NCBI RefSeq assembly: GCF_004010195.1
Contig: NC_057719.1
Location: forward strand, 81,134,682-81,198,681
DNA from: Chiloscyllium plagiosum
Taxonomy: Eukaryota
Direction: 5' to 3'
Length of the DNA: 64,000 nt
The position numbers and the translations under genes are program-made. Under the pieces are notes generated by a model, which did not search any database, was not told the DNA's origin, and saw only the letters and a list, made by a program, of their open reading frames with translations. Shown piece after piece: positions 56,208 through 64,000 of the stretch (positions are counted from its first letter, which is position 1; every line of letters begins with the position of its first letter).

Positions 56208-56332
56208 CTAGTAGAAGGAATAATTAAAGACTCTGTCTTTGTGATTTTTCCACTGGGAGGGAGCCTTTCCAGAAAGGTGTCTGCACTGATGCTTTCAGAT
56301 GCTGCTGCTGCCTCTTCCTGTTGTATTTGATC
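56208..56332 (-). CDS. PACS2: PACS2 exon, [41 protein letters not shown](R)
   Basis: Acceptor tttcccataag, donor gtaagg; 125 nt, phase 0/2; ERLPPSGxITKTESLxIPSTR motif of PACS2. 5' boundary could instead be 56317. Confidence 0.9.
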
Positions 56333-57300
56333 CTTATGGGAAATCAAACAAAATGAAATTATGATTTAAAAATAGCACGTATGGTAGACTGCATTCTGAG
56401 TAATACATGATCCATCTCCTTTTGCAACACCCTGGGGTCTTTGTATTACTCGAGTGAAAGACAGCATTCAAAGTCAGCATTAAACAGCCACAATCACCCT
56501 GCATTATCCTTTCTGATATGGTCCTAGGTTACAGATATTCCTGTAGAGGATTATTTAATTGTACAAAACTGTGTTTCAGATGAATTATTGATGATCAGAA
56601 ATTAATTAACGTAAAGAACTGAATGGCATGACAAAATTTCACCCTTCTTCATGCTACGAAGCATAAGCTGTGTCAATGGCACGCAGATTTGATGCAAAGG
56701 TTTCCACAATTCGAAAGTTACACGTGGAATAATAAATACCGAACCATGAGTCGTGGACAGGAATCTATTTGAGGGGTTCAGCTGGTTTAATATTCAATAA
56801 CCGATGATTGAGTTCCAGCCTAGAAAGTAATGAAGGGGCTCATGATACTTGGGAGTGCATTACAAGCTGAAGTATAATCGAGGAATTTATAAATGGTTTA
56901 TAGTGACTTGAGCTGGGTTAACACTGTTCATGTTTTGCTTCCGTGCTTGATAACTACCCTATGCCTAATGGCTTCACATAGTCTCCAATTATCCACGCTA
57001 TTCAGTTGATAAGAAAGATCCACAGACATGCAATGTATATCTTATTTTCCCTCAATTTCAACGTTCAGTTCCTCCAAAATTTCCTTTTCACATTTCCACG
57101 CATCACAATCTGCTCCCAGATAACTGTTCCTACTTGTCACCAATTTAAATTTTCCTTCCTTATCCGACATTCTCTTTATACTCCTAAACCAACGACTGTT
57201 GGTACCATTATTCATTCTCACCTCTCCCTTGAACTCCACCTCTAGGTTACATCTGGTATAGTGCTTGACGTATTTTGCAATATGCACCAGTGATACTTAC

Positions 57301-57375
57301 AACTGACAATGTATTGGAAACACTATCTATCTGAAACTTGCTTGCAGAGCTCTTGAGCTTTTCCGGTGCATCTAC
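57301..57375 (-). CDS. PACS2: PACS2 internal exon (most 5' exon found), VDAPEKLKSSASKFQIDSVSNTLSV
   Basis: Acceptor tcttttgcttcatgcag, donor gtaagt; 75 nt, phase 0/0; resembles human PACS2 ADVPEKTRS...SDSVSDTVAL as recalled. Confidence 0.85.
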
Positions 57376-57399
57376 CTGCATGAAGCAAAAGACGAACAG

Positions 57400-58311
57400 G
57401 ATTATAAAAACTGTTTATCTTTAATTTTGTGTGTTCTTTAAAATTATGGACTGGATTGAGAAAGAACTGCTTTAAAAACCAGTGTTCTAAAGGATTACTA
57501 CATTTTTTGAAAAGCAAGTAACCTGACTCTCATGGCAAGCATAAAGCAGTAGTTGAAGTCTGAGTTGCAGACGAACTGGAATCAAGGGTGTGTGTACAGA
57601 TGCAACTCTAGCTGGCAACAGGAAATTGATAGATAACTTGTCATTATTCCATAGACCAATGACACAAGCCTCATGTCTACCCTTGTCAACTAAACAGCTT
57701 GGGGCTAGGAACAAGATAGTGGAAAATGTTTTGATCTCCACTAGCTCAGGAACTATTTCTCTGTTCTTGGCGGTCATAAACCCATTGCAAGCTGAAACTC
57801 TTATCGGACAATTCAGAGACCTTTCCTATGTGAATTGGCTACCTTGTGTGTCTTGCAAACCAGTGGAAGCATCCAGAGAAAGGTAACTGAAAAGCAACAT
57901 TTTGAACAAGGTAAGAATGCTAAGGATCATACCAGCAACCCATGAATAGAAATCTCTGAACTGTCTTCCTAGTTTTCCACCATCAAAAACTTATTTTTTT
58001 CTCTGTCTCCGTCAGTGTTTAAAAAAGGGGGCTGGGGGGTGGGTGGGTTATAAGGAAGTTAGAGTTCTAATTTGTAATATTATTTGTTGATAGTTTACAA
58101 TTGTTTATCTGTAGTTAGAGTCTAGTCACTTGAAATAAATAGTAATTCTTGTTAAGTACACAAACCTGCTCTGTAGTTTGTCAGCCTGGGTTTGAAAATC
58201 AGGTAATTTGGGGAATTTAGTATACTCATTTTAAAACCTTTAAAAACTTCTATAGTGATTCTGGAACTAGCAGGGCTTAATTTCTGGTGCATTATCCCAG
58301 TGAGGTATGAC
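57400..58311 (+). mobile_element. Possible solo LTR
   Basis: aataaa near 58134 and a ...tgaca end; left boundary unclear. Confidence 0.3.
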
Positions 58312-59016
58312 AGGATAGTTCATGAGCTCACAGCTAACCACAAAATTCAAGTAAAGAAGCCACTTGACTGGAGGAGGGCACAGTGAAAGGGGGATGGAGG
58401 TCGGTCCCAATCCAAAACCTGTAGTTTAATTATTTTAGATTTGAAAACTAGTCAGCAACCTGCTTCTCATAAGTGAACATGAGAGGCTGTTACCAGAGTT
58501 TCTTTCTCATATCAATTTTATCCTCAGCAAACTCTCAGTCCTTTCTTCATGACCATCACATTCTTCCTAAAATAGAGTGGCCAAAACAGAACATAATAGT
58601 CTCACTGTATTGATCCATGAACATTTAGCATCACCTCATTACACCAATTTATTAAAAACTAGCAACCTAAATACAGTTTTAATATCAAGTTAATTTGCTT
58701 CTGTATGCATTTCTAAAATCTCTACAACCTCTGTGTCTCTGCTCCCCTACTTATTTTAAATTATCATTTAATAATTAAGCACATTTGATCCTCATTGTTT
58801 CTTTCAAAATGTGTCAGTTCACATTTCTTCATCTTAGATTTCACCTGCCCTTTAGATACTCAGTCTGTAGACTGGATTTAGTGAGGTTCTTTGTTTGAGT
58901 TTATCTCTGTGAATAATATCTGGGCAGAGCCAGCAGATGTAACTGATTGATATTGGTTTGCTAAACTCAGCTGATGGTATTAATGGACATGTTCAATCCA
59001 GAATGAAGCCTTTCAG

Positions 59017-59600
59017 CAAGATGGTGGAAGAGTAAGATGCTCCTGCTGGAGCTCCTCTGCTCTGCCTGCTCTTCTTTCTTCTTTTTTTTCCCTCTATCTC
59101 TCCCCTTAGCTCCAGAGATGAATCCTGGAGCAGTGGCAGACGTGTATTGCGAGCCCGTGGAGCAGCACCCAAGGGAGTGAGTCCCGACCGGAGACCAGTG
59201 CAGGGGAAGCAGTCCTAGAACTTACCTTGGAGCAGATGAGTGCGGGTACAGAATGGACAGCAGGCTAGGAGCGGAGTGGGGACAGCTCTTGAACTGGGGT
59301 CTGGGGTGGGCGGTCAGACCACGTGCAGAGGCCCTGTTGCTGCAATGAAAATTTATTTGAATTTTTTTTTAACCTGGCTGTAAAGTCAATCCTTTAACAA
59401 TGTCTTATTTCTAATTTATTTTTTAAACAGTGTAAAGTAATGTAACTACGTTTTATTCCTCTTTTGTATCCAAGATTTGTACCTAGGTATTTGTACCGAA
59501 GATTGCACTATAAGGCAGGCATTATAAAAGCTTTTTACTATAACTCCAAAAGGGAGTACACGTGACAAAGGATATTGTATTTTATTCTCTTCTATTCAAT
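59017..59600 (+). mobile_element. Short non-autonomous retroelement with an L2/Rex-like tail
   Basis: GC-rich head starting caagatgg; tail gtacacgtgacaa followed by tatt-like repeats. Confidence 0.45.
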
Positions 59601-62600
59601 TTTATTCTGGCTTGACTGAGCACATGCTCTTTTTTGTTTCGTTAGTTAACAATGGTTAGTCATGTTCGCATGAGGCTGCAAATCTTCTTGAACCAACTCA
59701 AAAAAAACCTTATTCCACAAAAAGAAACAAATCAAGTATTGAAGACAGTTAGAATGATCTTAAATCCCACAGAAAACAAAGTGTCAACCTGTTTCCCAAT
59801 GCTTTTTATTAGAGAGATTGATGTCCAGAGAAATTAGGTACTTACTCAAGTCTTTAGTATTCTACTTAACGTACTTCTGAAAGTTTTTTTTGTTATGGAG
59901 CGTTGAGGCAGTTTTGCCTTCTGGCTCTGCCCAGATACCGTTCACAGAGATAAATTCAAAACAAGGACTCTCACTAAACCCAATCTATTACCTAATCTGA
60001 CACACATGGCCTATTCAAAGTATTAGTGCATTTTATTTAATAGATCCTTGCTGATTCTGACAGGAAATAATCCAAGAGCCAAACTTTTCTCAGTTCTATT
60101 AACCTGTAGGTGTTTTAACGCAACGTTCCTTGTTTTGAAGTTTCACAAATGAAAACTGGCTGGTGAGGAGAGTTGCACCCTAAACTCCTTCTAGGAGCAA
60201 AAGTAAACTTGCTTCTAAACGGAATTAAAAACCTGCTCAAGTTCCTAGACTCTACTGAACTGAAAATAAAGCTGATAGATTTACAATAAGTGCAGGAATC
60301 CTTGTAAGGTCAACAGTGTAAAGATATTTTCATTTCCACCACAAGGGCCTGCAGTCAATTACTTTTTGAAGAAAAATGCTGGATTTAAATACTGTTTCAG
60401 AAGGACTTCCTGACCTCTTTTTATTTTTACAAAGAAAGGAAACTCTTCGCTGAAGGAACCAACACCCATTTGCCTCTATTTTGAAATACATATTTCAAAA
60501 ATGATATTTCTATGTAAATTATACACTTTTCATTGCATTGGAAACCAGCTAAGAGGTTGTTTTAGCTTTGGCTCTTCTATAACTTGTAGTTCAAGTCAAG
60601 AATAAAGCCAAAACAGCACCTGGAATACAGTAAAAGCTAGGTCTATCATTACTGACAGACTGTGAATGGGAAATGGTATTCAGTGTAAGACAAAGGTGAA
60701 AAGATGACAAATGCTTGGAAGATTTAGCTGGAAGCTAAAGAAAAAAAATGCAGTAATTTAGTGAAAGGCAGTCAATCTTGTTGAAGTTGAAGTTCTGGAA
60801 GTAGCACGTTTAGTTTTAGATTAAAACCACAACAGTAGCTACTGCACCATGATTTTCCCTGAAAGCTCAGAGAAGAGAAACCAGAAAGTACGAGAAGGAA
60901 CTGGAAGCTCACATGGAAAGGAATATGCAAAAAAAAAGCGTTCTAGGAATGAAAGAATGTTGATACAAGTTGACCAGCAAAAGCAGTAGCAGCAATAAAA
61001 AGAATTTTTGTTATTCGGCAAGTGGTTGGAATCTGGAATGCAGGGTGTGGTGAAAGCAGATTAACCGTGACTTCTAAATGAAAAGAAATAAACGCAGGGT
61101 AACAGTAGGGCAGTTGGGACTGTTAACGTTGCTCCTGCAGAAAGCTGACACAGATACAATGAGGTAAATGGTCTCCGCTGAGCTATAACTATTCCACGAT
61201 TTTTTTATCTGAAGATAAGCTTCTTGGTATCACTTCTGAATGGTTCAGCTCTAACTTTAAGGTTAATCCACATATTTGGAACATTCCCACTAGAGAAAAT
61301 AGGAACCTGCTTCCAGATTTCACTTCTAAATATGCAATTACTAAATGTATTGTTTTTGTTTGTTCTGGTCTCCGTAGCTCAGAACGTTACAGTACTCTGC
61401 TTTTCAACAGATCCATAGAATGTTTCAATGAAGCTTAAGGAAAAAACAAGGTGCTATAGATGCTGGACATCTGAAATGAGAGCAAAAAATGCTAGAGAAA
61501 CTCAACAAGTCTGGCAGTTTCTGTGGAGAGATAATTTTTAAAGGGCAGATTTTCTGAAATGCAGAATTCTCCCTCACACCTTGTTTTTAGATCAAAGAAA
61601 TGTAATGTTATGTCCACAACTTATGAGACAATGCCTTGAAAATCATTAACCCTGGTCAACAGCAACCTCTGGTGGTGCAGATGAAGCAGTGCAAGAGTAC
61701 TGCTTATTTCCAGGATACACTCTGCATCTAATTACATTGAATCAACATAATACAGAAAGTAACTTGAACAATCAGTGGCAACATACATGCTTCATCATGT
61801 AACCTTTTGCCATCCCTCCATTCAAATCTGTCAATACACCCTCTTATTCTCTTAAGTTCTATTTACATGTACATCATTTGTCCTCATATTGTTACTGGAC
61901 TAATTCATTACCATCTTATATTGTTAACTCTAGATTCTTCTTAACTTTGGATTCATCTGCATTATTTCTAATTTTTAAGAGCTCCAGAAGATTGACCAAG
62001 ATTTCTTGTTTGTTTTTAAAGAAAAAAGAACCCTAGTCTGTTTAGTCTTTGGAGAAACTTATACCCTCTCATCTTTGTAATTATTCTAGTTAATATTGTT
62101 CTACTTTGGTATCAGATGACCGGAGTCCAGTTTTTAAGCGAAATGTCTAGCTATTTCTACACATGATTGATCTGTTTTAGTAAAGATAAAAGTGACTCTT
62201 TGCACATTATCAGGCTTCTTGTAGTCTAAAAGTATGAGATGTTTGGGTTTCAATTGAATCTTCACTAAAGGGAAAGACTACATCCCAGTTCTTGGCTACT
62301 TACTTCTCCAAACCCAAATATGCATATGTACAGAATGTCTCAATCGTATTGTTTTCACTAAGATTCTAATCCTTATTTTGAAATCTCCCTGCACACTTGC
62401 AATTTCCCCCAACCATAACTAAACACACAACCTATAGTAAAGGAGAGGGCTTTTTGGTCTATGTCAACACTTTAAGAAAACCATTGCATTAGCTTAACTA
62501 CATTGCTCTTTCCCCATAGCTCCACCAATTTTAATTTCAAGTAAATATCTATGGCAGTTTGAAAACTGTTCCTGAATAAGCTTCATCTACTACTTTATGC

Positions 62601-63077
62601 AGTGCATGCCAGGTAATAACGTGCATCCATTGCTCTTTCAATATTATTTGCATGTACATTTCATCCTACTATCAGTGCCAGTGTTTCACCCAAAGCTCCC
62701 ATCCTTCAGAAACATATTCCCATATCCCTAGTGTTGCCACTTGTCCTTCGTTACCAAAAGCCTACAAAAACGTCATCGTTCAACCATGTTTTTCTTTCTA
62801 ACTTTGTTGGCATCTATTTTTCTTATTTAATATTCTCTCTTTTCTACCCTGTTAGTGATACTGTAGAAATATGAAGTCTTGAAGGTGAAGAACCCTACTA
62901 ATTGATTTTTGACCTTGCCTCAGGATAAAATTTCTTTTTTTACAGTCATGATGATCATCTTCTAAAAATACTGTAACTTGCAATCACAACAGTATCAAGT
63001 TCTTACAAACAAAAACAGAAATTGCTACCAAAGCTCTCATCTGGCATGTCTGGCAGTATCTGTAGGGGGAAAGCAGA

Positions 63078-63112
63078 ATTAATGTTTCAAGTCTGCTTGA
63101 CTCTTCATCAGG
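63078..63112 (-). ncRNA. Minimal hammerhead ribozyme motif
   Basis: CTGATGA ag agtc-aagca-gact t GAAA catt. Confidence 0.55.
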
Positions 63113-63251
63113 ACAGCTCGGAAAAAGTGGTATTTATGCTAAAGTTGAGGTTATGGAGGTTGGGGAGAGAGATGGGTGAATAGATGGAGATGGAGCCCAG
63201 AAAGGGAGAGATATGAAAGGGGTCGATAGATGAAGAAATGTCCCAAAACAT

Positions 63252-63744
63252 TAGGATGTTGTGAAACTTGAAAGGGTTCAGAAAAGATTTACAAGGATGT
63301 TGCCAGGGTTGGAGGGTTTGAGCTACAGGGAGAGGCTGAATAGGTTGGGACTGTTTTCCCTGTAGCATCAGACGTTTATAGAGGTTTATGAAATCATGGG
63401 GGCATGGATCAGGTAAATAGACAATGTCTTTTCCCTGTGTTGGGGGAGTCCAGAACTAGAGGGCATAAGTTTAGGGAGAGAGGGGAAAGATTTAAAAGGG
63501 ACCAAAGGACAACTTTTTCATGCAAAGAGTAGTGCATGTATGGAATGAACTATCAGAGGAAGTGGTAGAGGCTGGTACAATTACGACATTTAAAAGGCAT
63601 CTGGATGGGTACATGAATAGGAAGGGTTTAGAGGGATACAGGCCAAGTGCTGGCAAATGAGGCTAGATTAGGTTGGGATATCTAGCCACCATGGACGAGT
63701 TGGACTGAAGGGTATGTTTCCGTGCTGTACATCTCTATGACTAT
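63252..63744 (+). mobile_element. CR1 (HER1-like) 3' end inserted between inverted PLE-derived arms
   Basis: Closely similar to 53105-53612; ends ctctatgacta. Confidence 0.9.
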
Positions 63745-64000
63745 TAAGTGGTTTCTCTTCACAGATGCTGCCAGACCTGCTGAGCATTTCCAGCAATGTC
63801 TGTTTTTGTTGTAGACAGATAAGAGGATACGCCAGGACAGAAGAGAAACAGACTTTTTTAAAATTCTTTACTCACTAGCTCAGCCCATTCAGAATTACTA
63901 AGAGTTAAGAGTCAACCACATTGCTGTGGGTCTGGAATCACATGGAGATCAGATCAGGTAAAGGACATTAGTGAACCAGACAGGTTTTCCAGCAATTGAC

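Noticed and set aside
59846..59940. Possible upstream PACS2 exon (gtaagt donor on minus near 59845)
   Set aside because: No recognisable PACS2 peptide and no clear acceptor
1..64000. CRISPR arrays or prokaryotic operons
   Set aside because: Vertebrate intron-exon structure; no repeat-spacer arrays or dense ORFs

Overview
Eukaryotic genomic DNA, most likely from a cartilaginous fish (shark). This is inferred from the repeat families (CR1/HER1-like LINEs, HE1-like and Deu-type tRNA SINEs, Penelope-like elements). The window lies inside one gene on the minus strand, PACS2 (phosphofurin acidic cluster sorting protein 2). Nine internal exons (57375 to 9861) have GT-AG boundaries and splice in frame; both gene ends lie outside the window. 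The introns are full of decayed retroelements: a Gypsy LTR element (~3.6-7.9 kb), a CR1 with near-complete ORF2 (~50.4-53.6 kb), many CR1 fragments, a Rex/Babar-like LINE, Penelope-like elements and SINEs. Best leads: (1) a candidate 51-nt in-frame PACS2 cassette exon at 38374-38424; (2) about 11 minimal hammerhead-ribozyme motifs in Penelope-derived termini, including a 127-bp insert with a 13-bp TSD; (3) a ~600-bp near-perfect palindromic insertion carrying two hammerhead motifs; (4) a 33-nt exon resembling a human PACS2 alternative exon. Exon coordinates were counted by hand, repeat boundaries are approximate, and family names come from remembered motifs, not database searches. Most ORFs in the supplied track are spurious or repeat-derived.
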